From NCBI RefSeq assembly GCF_006345805.1, contig NC_043011.1, positions 17,310,464 through 17,374,463 on the forward strand: a DNA stretch of 64,000 bases, in the 5' to 3' direction. The notes beneath the pieces are model-generated. The model was not told the origin of the DNA. It was given only the letters and a program-made list of their open reading frames with translations, and did no database searches. This DNA comes from Octopus sinensis (Eukaryota). The first letter of the stretch is position 1, and every line of letters begins with the position of its first letter. Both the position numbers and the translations under genes were made by a program. This document shows positions 24,151 to 38,080 of the stretch, piece after piece.

Positions 24151-27100
24151 AGAAATTGGCACTTGTTTCTCTGTACTGCTGAGTTCCGTTTTAATTGCTT
24201 GATCTAGTCTGTATTATAATTATGTATAACCGAATGACCCTAAATTTTGTTAACCATCCTGTTTCTTCCTGCAGATTTAGTGTTAACAAACTCAGTGCAT
24301 TAGATATTAAATATTACGGAAAAACTATATTTGATTTGATCCCGAAAGCCTGTTATGCTCAAATTGATTTGTTCTCTTGATATAACATTTTATTTCGGTT
24401 AATTTTAAACTTACTCTATGCTTGATCTGGTCTACCACGGAAATAAACCATTTCTCATATATGCTGTAATTCTCTCTTACTTACCGCCTTTTTTAAAAGT
24501 TACCTTTGACCTAACATTTTATTTATCTTGTCGAGGTCTTTTCTACATAGTTTTATGTAATTTTCAATCTGTATTTTCTTTACATCAGATATCTTTCTTC
24601 TCTGCATACGAGGAGTATATGAACAGCCTTGAGCCGCATCCCCCCCACAAAAAAAACATGGTACAAGACTTCAAGGCTCAAAACTTTTCACACACCCCTC
24701 GTGTTTTACACTCAGTCTTTCCCCGACATCTTCCGCAGCAGCACATATTAAATTATGGACGTCAGAAACGTTTTCTGTAGTAACATTCTCCAACAGCTCC
24801 TTGAGTTTTATCTTTTAGGAGTTTTCCTGTTTTCTGGATCATTTAAAGTTTCTTTTAATTGTGCTAAATCATTTCGTTTTGCATCTTGTAAGTCTTCTGG
24901 TAAAACTAATGTTTAATGGAGTATCATTTGCATGTTTCCATCGAATGTTTTTTTTAATGTCAATCACATCATCCCCGCTTTTACGGTTTCTATGTACTAC
25001 TTTGATGACAAATTAATTTCTATCAAAGTAGTTAAATCCTTTTTCATTTAATGTTTCCTCAATACAATTTTTTCATTAGCTGTTTCTTCGTCACCAATCA
25101 TTACTTCCTTGTTTCTGTTCTATATAGACACGATTAACAATTGCTATTAGCTACTCTTTTCTACGGATTATACATGCTTAGTTCATTAACTTATTTTCTT
25201 ACGAATCAGACGTACCTTTCGCTTTTCAGTTTGTGAGGATTCTGTTACCAACACTTCTAACGTCTACATTCTTATATACTCAAAAGTATTCCATAAAAAA
25301 TATGTAACCCTGCATATTCCTTCTTAGCTTATCGTAAATCCTTTTGGAACAGTTGTTGAATGACAACCGAGTAGCACACTTGTCAGACGTGATAGCTTCT
25401 TCTGTTATAATACTTTCATTTATATCGTTAATATTGTCTAGGTTATGGAAGCCATCTCAGACCTGATAAATCTGCGAAAGTGATTTGCAACTGTTCGTGG
25501 TGGTCGAGGGCAGGAAACGAAGGTGTCACTTATAAGGTGAGACAAACCTTCTGAAAGCTTTCTGCCCATAAGAAAGGGGAGGATAAAAAATCCCTTACAG
25601 CTGCCATCGATAATGTCACAACAGCATCAACGCCAACGAACACCCACAACAACAACAATTGCAAAAGTAAAACCAGCAGCAGCAGCAGCAGCAAGAGCAA
25701 CAGCAGCATTAGAAGCAGTAGCACTAACTAAAATAGAAATAGAAATACCAAGGCAGCAACAACAGAAGCAATATTGCTACCGTTAGCAACAAAATCTGCC
25801 AACCCCAGCACTATATTAAAAGAAATACCACTTTCCTTTCAGATCACTTATGGCCAACGGCGAAGGCAAGAAAGATGAAAAGCAGAACGAATACAGAACG
25901 AATACACCTACAAAAAGAGAAAGAAAAAGAAAATATGACGGAAGAAATATGTGCTCGCAAAAAAGCTGGAAGATTTGATGAGAGAATACAGTACAAGCAA
26001 CAACTCTCCTGCCAATCAACACATTTCAATTTGCCCTTAAACAAACGACAAGAATAGCGTCCGCAGACATCATAAACTAAACCGCCATAGATAAAAACAA
26101 CAAAGAATTATTGAACAACACACAAGCATTTCACAGAACATGTACATGAAAGCAATATATATAACATATCAACATATTTAGATTCTAAAACAACACAAGA
26201 AGCTGCAAACTAGAAAGAAAATATCTTGACAGTACAAAAAACAAAGGGATCTATAAAATTTAAAATAGAAACATTTACAACTAAACGGAAGGCCGGGCTG
26301 CCTTCTATCTATAGGAATAAGCCAAGTGACCCTTGCTACTTTTCCTTTTTTTTTATCTTCATAATTATCTGTGATTTCAGCCTCTCCTTTGTAGTTTTTG
26401 GCGTCTTTGTAAATAGATTTGGTTTTATTTGTGATTTGTAGCAGCTGTTTGAACTTGTTTGGCAGTTTCTTTACCAGAATCACTTTAATCCTACAGCGGA
26501 GAGTTTATAATATATTTCCAGTTCCACAAAGCCTCTACTAACTGTATGGCTGGCAAGCCTAATATTTTTGCACGAGATGGGCTTGAATTCTCAATGCAGT
26601 TATTGCTTGCTTTTCTATCTAGCCTGGTTAATTTATTTAGCACCTAGTGGGCAATATTCTAACGATTAGTTATTTCAGGGACAGTTAGAGTGCGGATATC
26701 TGTTATTTAATCGGTAGATCTAGCTCTGCTTTACGTGTTATAATATCAGTCTATATTAGTCCTTATTTACCAATTACATCATTTGTACATGTCATAGACT
26801 TTCTAGTTTATTATTTCTAAATTATCTATTTTCGTATTAGGGGTAATTATCCAAATTTATTGTTGAAGCTTGGTATTAATGTTCTTAATTTTTGTATTTT
26901 CTATTGAAAGAATTACTTATCAATTTCTCCATTCTGTATTTTTAGTTGTTTATCATTTGCAGTGTGCAAATTTAGTTAATTCGCAACAACCAAGTTGTAC
27001 GATGCAGATGTTAAGAATACTGTTGATTGTCCTACCGTAGCATTTATTTAGTTCTTGATTAACACGTTGGATAAGACTTTTAGCACCGTAGAGAAAGAGA

Positions 27101-27394
27101 GTGGAAAAAGGCAGTACCTTGTTATCACCTCTCCCAATACAGAGGAGCTTCATTCTTTAAATTCATTCTTTTCTCTAAATTTGCAGTATTGTTTGCCGCT
27201 TGCCAATGGCATATTTTTCATATTTTCTAGTTATTATGCCTTATAAAACATGACCCATCCCAACCAGAGCTATTCACGACAACCTCCACCTCATGTGCTA
27301 CATCATAGAGGGTGAGTAACGAAGGTGGGGCTCTGTTCAAGTTAGATGAATCTAAAGCCATCAATAGGGTCGACAGTATAGTTTAAATAGCTTC

Positions 27395-28480
27395 TTGCAT
27401 TTCTCTGGCTGTTGTGCTAAAATCTATGGCTTTAAGTCCAACATAAAATTTACGTCTAGTTTTTCAAAAAGAATCGTTGAATTTGTGGACACAAAAGTTA
27501 AATTTTCTAGAGGCAGAATAGTGACAGAGTTATTTTACAAGCCCACGTCATCCCCCATTTATCTCCACCACTACTCCGATCATCCACATCACATTATTCG
27601 GACAAATACGAAATCGCAATTTTTGAGGATAAAACAGATTTGTACTGACATAAGAGATTACTGGCAACATGCAAATGCTTTTGTACATCATTGTGTCAAA
27701 CGCGATTATAGTGAATCACGATTAAAAGAAATAGCTAAGACAGGCAAAGATAGTCAAACCATCACGCATAATTTTAGCAAGCAGAATTCAATAGATGACA
27801 GAATTCCTTTAGTGATTAACTGCCACCGAAATTTCGCTGGCATTTCAAAAGTGTTGCAGACAATCTACCAGCATGTGGCGAAAAAATATCCTCGTTTCAA
27901 ATAGATATTTCCTCAGTCACCTATTGTAGCCTTTAGACGGAATAAGAATATAAGAGAATTATTGACCTCTATTTCTAACTCTAAGAAAACGAACATTGGA
28001 GTATCTGCACGCTGTGCTTTGAAAAACAGCCGCAAGAGAGGTAAGCCCTGTTCATTGTGCAACAACATGGGTCAAGTGAATTCCATCGGGAATCACAACA
28101 GAAATGTTATTATTTACACAGAAGATTGGACATGTAGAGATTCCTATTTGGTGTACGCGACAGAATGCACGAAACACAACTTGATTTATGTTGGTTGAAC
28201 AACTGAACATTTAAACAAAATAATTAATGGGTAGATATATGACGGCAGGCACAATAACAATAGTTCGACAGAACTTGCTGAACATTTTGCTTGAAGCGGC
28301 TGCGATTTTGAAAAAGACTTGAAAGTGAATATTCCCAGAAAATATTCTGAATCTGCTTCACTTTCACTTCTAAAAATATATGAAGAGATATATGTTTGCG
28401 GGCTATTAACATCATGCCCTGGAGGAATGAATAAAATGACAGGCGAATATCATCAAATTTATACAAAACTGATTGAATAT
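27395..28480 (+). pseudogene. 5'-truncated Penelope-like element (RT thumb plus GIY-YIG endonuclease)
   Basis: EFVDTKV...ELFYKPTSSPIYLHHYSDHP...KSQFLRIKQIC; PIVAFRRNKNIRELL; CSLC...CRDSYLVYATECTKHNLIYVG; ELAEHF; PGGMNK. Confidence 0.9.
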
Positions 28481-28795
28481 TCTTTTTTCTTTTCTCTTTT
28501 TTCTTTCTTCTTTCTTTCTGTCTCTCTTTGCTGTCTCTTTCTTTTCGCTTGTTATAAAATTGAAACTTAAAGACTGATGATGTCCTTCCATCAATGTGTG
28601 GACGCTCGTTTCTCTCGTTAATGCTTTAAATTTAAATTTCTATTATTTTGAATTTTTAGCACCTCTTATTTTGAACTCGACAAAGACAGGCTTACTGTCG
28701 ATATATCGTTGAAACAATAAAATATCTATTGTAATCGAATCGCGCTCTTCGTCCTGACTGTTTACCCTTGTGAAGGGTTATCTCAATCCTTTCAA

Positions 28796-28838
<43 letters not shown>

Positions 28839-28849
28839 GTGAGTGATAG

Positions 28850-28968
28850 AGCAGATTGAATTGCCTTCATCATTTCATCACTTGGCAACCATATGCATTC
28901 TGTCCTGGCAAGCTTTCCTCGTCTCATCACCATCGTAGCACATTTCGAGAGTCCAAGCTCAATCTTAA
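28850..28968 (-). pseudogene. R4/Dong-like RT fragment between (ATT)n and (ATC)n
   Basis: IELGLSKCATMVMRRGKL...IWLPSDEMMKAI. Confidence 0.7.
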
Positions 28969-29537
28969 TATAATCATCATCATCATCATCATCATTATTG
29001 AGTGAGAGAGCAAAGCATGTCATCAAAGTGACACTTGAGTACAAGCATAATAAGCCCAATATACCCATCATGACTACCCATCTGATAAGGGTAAACCAGG
29101 CACATACATCACAACCATAGGAGCGCGACATGATAACCTCATATCAAGATGAACTGCGCAGGAACTTACAGGTGGGACCCAGTTAGAATTTTCATCAGGT
29201 TGAGTAGCCCATCCCGCTCAAAAGATCCCTGAACGAGGGTCATTTGAGGATGTTCAACGAAGCACCAATGTTTCTAGAGGTGGATTATTTAAACCACAAA
29301 GAGCACATCTCAAAACATGGCTATGATGCTCCCCGCTTTTTTCTGCTCGTGATCAGAGACGCACGTACCGTCAGCCACCAAGGGACGTGCTCAATCGTCA
29401 AGATCAAGCAACTGACAAGCAAATCTGTGGTATTGAGCAGAATATTTGCAGTAGCTCATCTTTTTTATACGAAGACAAATTATGTAAAGGATAACATTCC
29501 AATCAGTTAAGATCAGAAGCCATTTGAGGCAGTGCCT

Positions 29538-29800
<263 letters not shown>

Positions 29801-29879
29801 ATAGTAGAGTATAAAAAAAGACTTATGTCAGTGTTGGCTAATATCTACACTGGTTAATATGTCGGCATTATAAAATCAA

Positions 29880-30035
29880 AACTTTCGACAAGCACCAACC
29901 TGAAGCTGTGACTAAAAATGTAACGATCCTTTGGGACTATCCAGTACAATAAAGACAGTGCCATCAAAGCTAATGAGGACATTGTCGTGAAAGACCAAAA
30001 CTATAACGTCTGTTTATTGATCGACATGAGCTTTC
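29880..30035 (+). pseudogene. R4/Dong-like restriction-like endonuclease fragment
   Basis: PEAVTKNVTILWDYPVQ...IKAN.DIVVKDQNYNVCLLIDMS (ILWD...PDI...LID pattern). Confidence 0.65.
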
Positions 30036-30623
30036 ATTGTCACTGAGATACGGCCAAAAATTATTATCAAATTTAGCCCTGCAACGTTAGAGTTATGTTC
30101 GTGCTTCCATTTAATATTCTACTACAAGTGGATTTATCCTATCTTCCTTAATACCAACTAAAAGTTCAAGCGCATTCTTTGTACCTCGATTTCTAGAACA
30201 GTCTATTCAATAAGCAGAAATCGTCTTTTAGAAAACACATCTGCTATTAAAGATTGTCTGGGTTTATAATTACATTTGTAACTTACATCATGGAAGTATT
30301 TTACATATATTTACTATCGAAACAGACTTTGATGAAATTATATAATTATTCTTTATTGCAATAATTATGAAGTTATACTATGTACCATCAGTTGCATTTG
30401 TGAACCATAAAATGACAACGTTATGATGAATTAAACAAATGTTCACAATCTTGTCAATTTTTTTTTTATACCAAACCTCTCTCTTTCTGCTTATACTTTC
30501 TATATTCTGCTTCTCCTGTTTTCTTTGTCGCTGTAATGCCAGTTAATATAAATTCTGTTAGTTATACATACATGCATACATGCATACATGCATACATACA
30601 TACATACATGCATACATACATAC

Positions 30624-30757
<134 letters not shown>

Positions 30758-30767
30758 ATATATATAT

Positions 30768-30968
30768 AGGGAGAGATTACGAAAAAAACAAACGACGAAG
30801 ACAGGTGGTGTACAAAACAAATAGATGTATTAGTATAACGCTCAGGAATAGAAAAAGTCTTTTACGTTTCGAGCCTACGCTCTTCTACAGAAAGGGACAC
30901 AGAAAAAACAAGGAGAGAAACTAGGAGAGAAGAAAATGTGTGTAGTGGCTAACGATCTATCATGGCGT
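30768..30968 (-). mobile_element. PLE-terminus-like short element with a variant hammerhead-like motif at 30859-30894
   Basis: Minus strand CUUU-CUGUAGA-A-GAGC(GUAG)GCUC-GAAA-CG-UA-AAAG. (TA)n flanks both sides. Confidence 0.7.
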
Positions 30969-31257
30969 CTATATATATATATATACACATATACATATAT
31001 GTGTGTGTATGTGTATGTATATATAAAAATATATGTATGTATGTAGACGCATACATATTGAGAGGGATATGGATAGATAAATAAATAGATAGATAGATAG
31101 ATACGCAGTATGATACAAACTACGTCTGCTTTTGTTGGTTGAGAATTAATCAATTTCTAGTTTAGATATAATTTTAGACACTCTTCTCATGAGATGCAAC
31201 AAGTAATGATGTTTTTCTCTGTTAACATTGTGACACATCTGTCATCTGTATTCACAG

Positions 31258-31270
31258 GATTCTGTTCTTG
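31258..31270 (+). other. Candidate 13-nt micro-exon of an unidentified host gene
   Basis: TCTGTCATCTGTATTCACAG|GATTCTGTTCTTG|GTAAGT: consensus acceptor and donor 13 nt apart in apparently non-repetitive DNA. Confidence 0.35.
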
Positions 31271-31579
31271 GTAAGTCTCTAGTTTTATTTTTCATCCTTT
31301 ATCTTCCATCCGTTTAAATTATGGGACTGCGGTCACACTGGGGCATCGCCACCAAGGGTTTTAGGATCACGAATAGACCCTAGTACTAATTTTATAGTGT
31401 ATATTTCCGAAATCTGATACCTAGTTTATCGATGTCTTTTGCCTAACCGCTAGGTTACGTAGACGAAAAGGAAACAACACCGGTTGTCAAACGGTGGTGG
31501 AGTAGAAACAAAAGCACAGAGACTCACGCACTTGAAGTAAAGTATATGGGAGGCGTGATGTATACTTACTTATGAATTA

Positions 31580-31830
31580 TCTATTATATAAAATCCGTTC
31601 TGCCTGTCTGTGTGTGTGTGTCTTCTAGGATTTCGGGCAGCCTCCATCCGATTGCGCTCAAATTTGATATGTATATACCGATGGTATCAGGGCATGTATA
31701 AGTCTTGAAAAAATTACAAAAATCGATTTCAGGTGTGAATGCGATCGATAAAGCCGTGGGAACGTGCATTTGTAAAATCGTTTTTCTTGGAATAGAAAAA
31801 AGTCTATCTTTATTCCTTTTTTTGCTGGTG
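31580..31830 (+). mobile_element. Probable non-autonomous Helitron 5' end
   Basis: A|TCTATTATATAAAATCC, a TC start after A typical of Helitrons. The 3' end was not identified. Confidence 0.4.
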
Positions 31831-32544
31831 TCTCAAATTTAGGCTAAATCAGTGTTTCTCAAAAGAGAGGCCTATGGGACGGTCGGACAAGTTGTCTTGA
31901 GAAAATTTGGTTTAAATAATATTTGGCAACTCAGCACCGTCCATTGGACGGGAGGGGTGGGGCTTTTGCTCGTATTTAATATAATGACATTTCATTGTGC
32001 TTATGCAACGTTTGACTGTTCTTTCTTTATATTCGGAGATTCTATGTCATTCGCTGTTCTTTCGTTCCATATTATTAGCACATTAGCTATAATCTTTGTT
32101 TCAAGGCCCATGTCGATTGTACAAGAATAATTATTTCTTTTGGCTTGCACATTGTTTATCTGACTTGTTAGGTACTTCGAACGTTTGAGAGATTTAACCA
32201 TTATATCTCGGTGAATTATGCTGCCCATAGGAATCGCAGAACCACATTTTTTAAAAAAGAAAATTGATCCGCGCCATGAAATAGCAATTAATTTTACTGA
32301 TAATTCTCACTGTCTGTACTACCATTTCAACAATAGCTTCTAGAATAAATTCCTAACAAGTGTACTGCAGCTACTTTCCTAAAGAATATAGTGTCTTCTT
32401 TTTAACGATTCTACAACTACTTTAATATCCTGTACAATGTTTCACACATTAACACCTCTCTTCCAAACACATACCTTCTCTCTGCTTATTTTACCACTAT
32501 CACAAGTGTGTGTAAACAGAAATATCCACCAGAAATATCCATTG

Positions 32545-32780
32545 AGGCGACGAGCTGGCAGAAACGTTAACACACCGGGCGAAATGCGTAGCCGTATTTC
32601 GTCTGCCGTTACGTTCTGAGTTCAAATTCCGCCGATGTCGACTTTGCCTTTCATCCTTTCGGGGTCGATGAAATAATTACCAGTTACGCACTGGGATCGA
32701 CATAATCGACTTAATCCGTTTGTCTGACCTTGTTTTTCCACTCTGTGTTTAGCCCCTTGTGGGCAATAAAGAAATAAGGA
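32545..32780 (+). mobile_element. SINE family B, full length
   Basis: GAGGCGACGAGCTGGCAGAAACGTTAAC...AGCCCCTTGTGGGCAATAAAGAAATAAG. Confidence 0.9.
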
Positions 32781-33244
32781 ATACCCATCAGTATGCTACA
32801 ACTACTAACTCTCATACGTTGTTTTCTCAATCCGTTACTTTTACAGGTACAATAACATTTCCTGGGGATGAAGAATCTCAAGCTTCATTTTATTCCACCA
32901 AATTCTGCAGCATGTACATGTCTCTCCTCTACAGCTGTAAACCACTATTGTAACTTAAATCTAGGTCTTGTCGGAAACCATTATACTGTTGTAAGCATAA
33001 GTACTGTCCCAAATCTCCGTGCTGTCGTAGGATGAAGATAAAATCCTGTGGGATAGGTTAAAATAATAAACTGAGAACACCACTGGAAAATACGAAAACT
33101 AAAAGAAGCAGCACCTATGCTAGTACACAACAACCTCCTAAGCAGACCGCGTGCAGATATGAGCAGCATATGGGAACCGGTATTAAGGAAGGATATGAGA
33201 ATATTAGATTTATAAGCCCAAAAATTCACTCCATAATTGCCCAC

Positions 33245-33326
33245 GGGCATAATGCATAGGGGTTAAGAGCGCGGGCTACTAACCCTAAGATTCCGAGTTC
33301 GATTCCAAGCAGTGACTTGAACAATG

Positions 33327-33359
<33 letters not shown>

Positions 33360-33540
33360 TTAATAATAATAATAATAATAACAACAACATCGAAAAATAC
33401 TTTAGGAATGAGAACCCAGGTTCGAAATTTCCCCAAGACACCTGAAGAAGGCTGGAGAGAGTATGTCATCCGAAATGTTGTGTTAACAACAAACAAGATG
33501 AGGACAGATATCGGTCGAATGTAAATAATGTAAATAATAG
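33245..33540 (+). mobile_element. tRNA-like head plus (AAT)n plus PLE-terminus-like tail with a hammerhead-like motif at 33437-33484
   Basis: B-box GAGTTCGATTCC at 33295-33306 and an anticodon-like arm GGG-CTACTAA-CCC. The tail GACAC-CUGAAGA-A-GGCUG...-GAAA-UG-UU-GUGUU is homologous to 11545-11708. Confidence 0.7.
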
Positions 33541-33604
33541 AAGAGATAATTTGAAATAAATTCCTAGAAACCAAAAAAAAACCAACCTTAAAAGATCTCA
33601 GTAT

Positions 33605-35400
33605 CTACTTTTTAAAATTAAAATGTTTCAAAAACAATTTATAAACAGTTCCAACCAGGTTAATTTTTAACTGACCAGCAAAGGGAATAATATACCATAT
33701 AATGTTATTCTTGTCCAAAACTAAATTAGAATGACCTAATTTATTAACCTTATAGACCAACTTACAATCATTACCTTTTAGCACGTAACTACAGTTATAT
33801 TTATGAACATTATTAACTGGGATTAAGGGATTATTCTCTTTGTTCTTATGCACATTTTCAAATTCATATTTACCCTTCCATTTAGATTTAGAATATTTAA
33901 AATCAAATCCATATCCAGTATAAGTAGGGTTCGAGCGATCAATATTATCAGGGTTAGAAATATCAATGTATTCAATTTTCCTATTGTAACCAGCCTTATT
34001 AAGGGCGATATTGTAGTAATCAACATTCTTATCAAAAACTTCCTTACATGAAGATAAGGCAGAAATTCTCCTAGAAATATTGTAAATCGGAAATTTCTTA
34101 CAACAGCCAGGATGATTATTTCCTGAATTAATATATTTCAGATTAGAGTTAGGCGTATTATAACCTTCGAAAATACCAGTAATCAAATTAAAGTTAACAT
34201 AAAAAAAGGTAACAGATTCATGTTCATTTACTATAATGATAGATAAACAGAAATTGCATTTAAAAAGCAAACCAGTGAAACTTCTTTCTTTATAGATCTA
34301 ATTTCCTATTAGAAACATTCCTAACGGGGGACAATGAGTCATCTCGGTATTAACTCTCAGCAAGCTCCGGCAAATCATTCCCTTACTTAAACAAAATGTA
34401 AATACCTACTATATCTGTAATTTGGGCGGAATCTGCCGCTTCCATAGGAATATCAGAACCATCGTATTGGAAACTTATTCCCAAAACTTATTCTCAAATA
34501 CAATGACAGATCTTCTAGCTGCAAAAATGATTTTAATTTCATCCATACTTAAGTTAGAATTGCTCTTAGCAAATATTAGGTCCTTATTTAAAACTACTTG
34601 ATTAATGGAAGAATAATGACTATTACAATCTATCTAAATAAATCTATTCGAACCCTTATTTTCAATATTTTTGAACCAATCAATAACTTCATAAGAGTTA
34701 GACCAAACATGCAACTTAATTTCATCCTTGAGAATTGGAATATACTTATCTAAAATAGCCTTACTAAGTTTTTCTAAATTTGATTTCCCAGGGCATGTCG
34801 TGCGCACTGTAGGGTTCTATAAAAATTATACTTATGGTCTTTTAAAAAGGAATTTAGGTCTTTTAGGAACAAATGGTTTAGTCCTATCATCCAGGCGATT
34901 ATATTCCATAATACGTTTAGCAATTAAATTATTAGTCCTCAAAACATTTTTATCAACTATTTTAGACGTTTTGGTAGTTTCCTTTTTTAATAGCTAGTGA
35001 TGAAGATTCAAGTCAAGATTATATAAATTTCCAGTCTTATCAGAGTAAACAATGATGCTTTTTTTCTTACTCAAGTCAGAAACAATCGATTTCAATTTTA
35101 ATAAATGGTTTTTCTTATCCCTACGGGGAATTTAAAAAACATTAACGTTTTTGACGATGTCCCATAATTCAATTTCATAGTTTAAACAATTTTTATATAT
35201 ATTTTCTTTAACGTCTTGATCAATATCTAACCACTCAATCCTTCTATCGAAATAAAAAGTTTTTCGTCTGATTCTATGAATAAATTCAGTGGCTTTAATT
35301 ACCAGGTTTTTCAAAAATTTCTCCTTAGATGGAATCGGAATATCCTTCAAAGACACGTCCACTTCAATTTTTTCCATTCCACCGAATTGAACAAATGACA
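33605..35400 (-). pseudogene. Degenerate Penelope-like element RT ORF, lacking the 3' endonuclease
   Basis: SLKDIPIPSKEKFLKNLVIKATEFIHRIRRKTFYF; IIVYSDKTGNLY; FFYVNFNLITG...PNSNLKYINSGNNHP...ISRRISALSSCKEVF...YNIALNKAGY; IIWYIIPF. Confidence 0.88.
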
Positions 35401-36399
35401 CAAGACTACCGAAGTAGTAAAGCAATTCTAGAAGAAGTAAGGACCAAAGGGATGTTAAACGTCCAAGTCCTCCGGTTCTTCTGGAATATTCCTTCTTGTC
35501 TCAAAACAATCTTTGATGAACCAGTATCAAAACTGTAGTTAATTGGAGCTCTCTTAAGTGGACTTATAGGTAGTGGGTAGCGTTTTCTTCGCTACTTCAT
35601 GGAGTGACGACCCAGCCTGACACGAGTTCCAGGCTCAGCTGGCTCCGGTTGACAGTACCCAGCATGGGCCCCTATCCAGGGTTACGGAAAGGAGACAAAC
35701 TTCAAAGAAATCCGGAGTGGAGCCCCGTAGGCAGTTTAGTGTTCGACTCGACACTCTTCCGGCAGCTCCTGCAACCAAGCTGGTGCTCTGCACTCTTTTG
35801 AACTACGTCACCTAGATCGAGAGATTAATCCCGATTATCGGGCTACCCAGGATTTTCTTACATTTGGCCTAGGCCTGCGCAAAACTAGAGAGGAAACTGG
35901 AGAGGACACGAAATGTAAAAACCAGACTGGATTAGTTTATGCGCAACCACATTGTCTTCCGAGACATTAGGATGCCAGCAAAATATGTGGACTTAGTTTG
36001 ATAACAGGTAATAAAATGTTTTAAGTTTCCAAGTTTTAATGTTTTCCTTTAAAAAGTTAGCTTATCCTTTGCTTTTTCAGTTATTGAACCGACTCCATGA
36101 TGAGACGCTATCCGTCTTATAGGATCTAGTCGAACTTCCGATCATTTCAGTATCCTATTCATAGGGGCAAATACAAATTGTTGATAAGCTGGGTTACGGG
36201 ACGCACTTAAATACCACCGTCCCTCTACTGGTTTAAACATAAACACTCTCATGCATACATACATATATACATACATACATACATACATACATACATACAT
36301 ACATACATAGAGTGAGAAACTCCGACATCAGAAGAGAATAACCAAGAGAAAAACAATAAACAAAAAAATTTAGCCGCAACCAGGCATCAGTATAGATAG

Positions 36400-36915
36400 A
36401 CATGAGACGAGGAGCAGTAAACATCACGGAAGCTCCTTCACAAGAACCCATAGATTCCTTCTGGAGGAATATCTGGAGTGACGAAAAGGAATTTAACCAG
36501 GATGCTCTGTGGCTGGAAGAAATTCGAAAAAGTTATTGCTCCTGCATTACATCTAAGACATGCAACATTGATGATGAAACTATTGCAGCTGTGATCCAGA
36601 AACTCTAGAATGGAAAAGCACCTGGAAAAGACTTGATTGTTGGATATTGGTACAAGAGGCTAACATTCTACCGACCATATCTTATCAATCTGTACCAGCA
36701 AGCTTTTATTGGGGACAGTAGCGTACCACATTGTTTAGCTCTAACAGAGACAAAATTGGTCCCCAAATGCAGAACTGACCACATGGCAAAAAATTACCGG
36801 CCAACTGCATGCCAGAACTTAATGTATAAAAAATATATACAGCACATTTAAACCTCTTCCTCCAGGATCATTGTGAAACCAATAATATTATCACAGCAGA
36901 ACAAGCAGCTGTGAA
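36400..36915 (+). pseudogene. R4/Dong-like RT N-terminal fragment
   Basis: SFWRNIWS...WLEEI; KAPGKDLIVGYWYKRL; KLVPK...KNYRPTAC.NLMYK; NIITAEQ. Confidence 0.85.
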
Positions 36916-38053
36916 GAAGGGAGTCAGTTGTTGGGTGTTTTTCTAGTCTCGAATTTCGAGCATTTAACAACAATATACGATTGCGATAAAACAGTTGCTC
37001 CAGCGAAGCAAATTAAATAAAATTTGGTATTTTGAGGAGGGTCAAAATAGGTAACACAAACAGCACAGGGAAAACAAGCAGGAAGGGCTGCTAAACCTAA
37101 ACGAGCTTGTGGACAGGAGACAAAGCGTGGACAGGAGACAAACAAAAACACGTCTTCCTTGTTCCAGCTACAACGGAGAGAAAGAAGGAAACACAAGTTA
37201 GGAGAAGAAAGATGGCCGTTGGTCACGTGGGAGAAACACTTTCGTTTTTCTCTCTTTCTCTCTCTTATTCTGTACCCTCCTTTTCTCCCACTATTCTTTC
37301 CTATTACTCTGTCACTATCTCCCTCACTCCTCCTCCCTTGCTCACGAGGTTATAAAAAAGACACTCTCCCATGGTTTTGTGCAATGAAATCTCACTCGTA
37401 ATGACGTAGATACGTAAATATACAATTCAGATATCTAAATGGAGTCATTGTTTTTTTTCTTCGAGACAAATTGTCCATAACTCCCAAGGCAACACGCAAC
37501 TTAAATATGAGCATATCATCCTAACTACACCCTTTTACTGCATCGCCTACACTATACTGATCGTTGTTTATCAAATTATATTTTTAGCCCCAGTTGCTAG
37601 TGGTTTGTTGGTTTACTTTAGTCATCGTCCATTGATGATATCATTTGGAATTATTGGATTTACAAGCACCATATTAGGAATATTTTCCACTTGTAGCAAC
37701 AAGATGATAGTTACGTAGGAATCTTTGGAGGTAAGATATCATCTTGTTTGCATAGATCATTTTATGTAATAATTTACTCGCTTAATATTGCCATTGATAT
37801 TTAATAATATATCAGATGTACTTTGTTTAATTCAATAAGTTACATACTTCATTTAGCATCATTATTTATCATATAGCTTAAATCTCATGGCTTACAGCGC
37901 ATAGTAATTTATATACAACGTTACAGTTAGTGTATGCATACAGATTAAATACTATAGCTATTGTTATGACACACAAACTACAGCCAATGTCATAGTTTAC
38001 ACAATTCTGAAAATTTATTAAGTTACATACTACAGTTATTATAATAAATATAA

Positions 38054-38080
38054 TTAGCTGGACCCGTGAAAAATTCACGG
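38054..38080 (-). mobile_element. Helitron 3' terminus (hairpin plus CTRR-like end)
   Basis: Minus strand CCGTGAA-TTT-TTCACGG-GTCCAG-CTAA|T. Same strand as, and downstream of, the Rep remnant at 39110-40210. Confidence 0.6.

Noticed and set aside
25620-25800. CAG/CAA-rich stretch suggesting a poly-Q exon
   Set aside because: A degenerate microsatellite with stops in the Q frame and no splice signals.
28570-28715. Hammerhead relics expected downstream of the PLE ORF (CTGATGA at about 28573; GACAG/CTGTC stem at about 28685)
   Set aside because: The core is too degenerate (no GAAA, or GATA) to call.
33245-33320. tRNA gene (also the heads at 4183, 51262 and 54271)
   Set aside because: No acceptor stem or complete cloverleaf. 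These are SINE heads.
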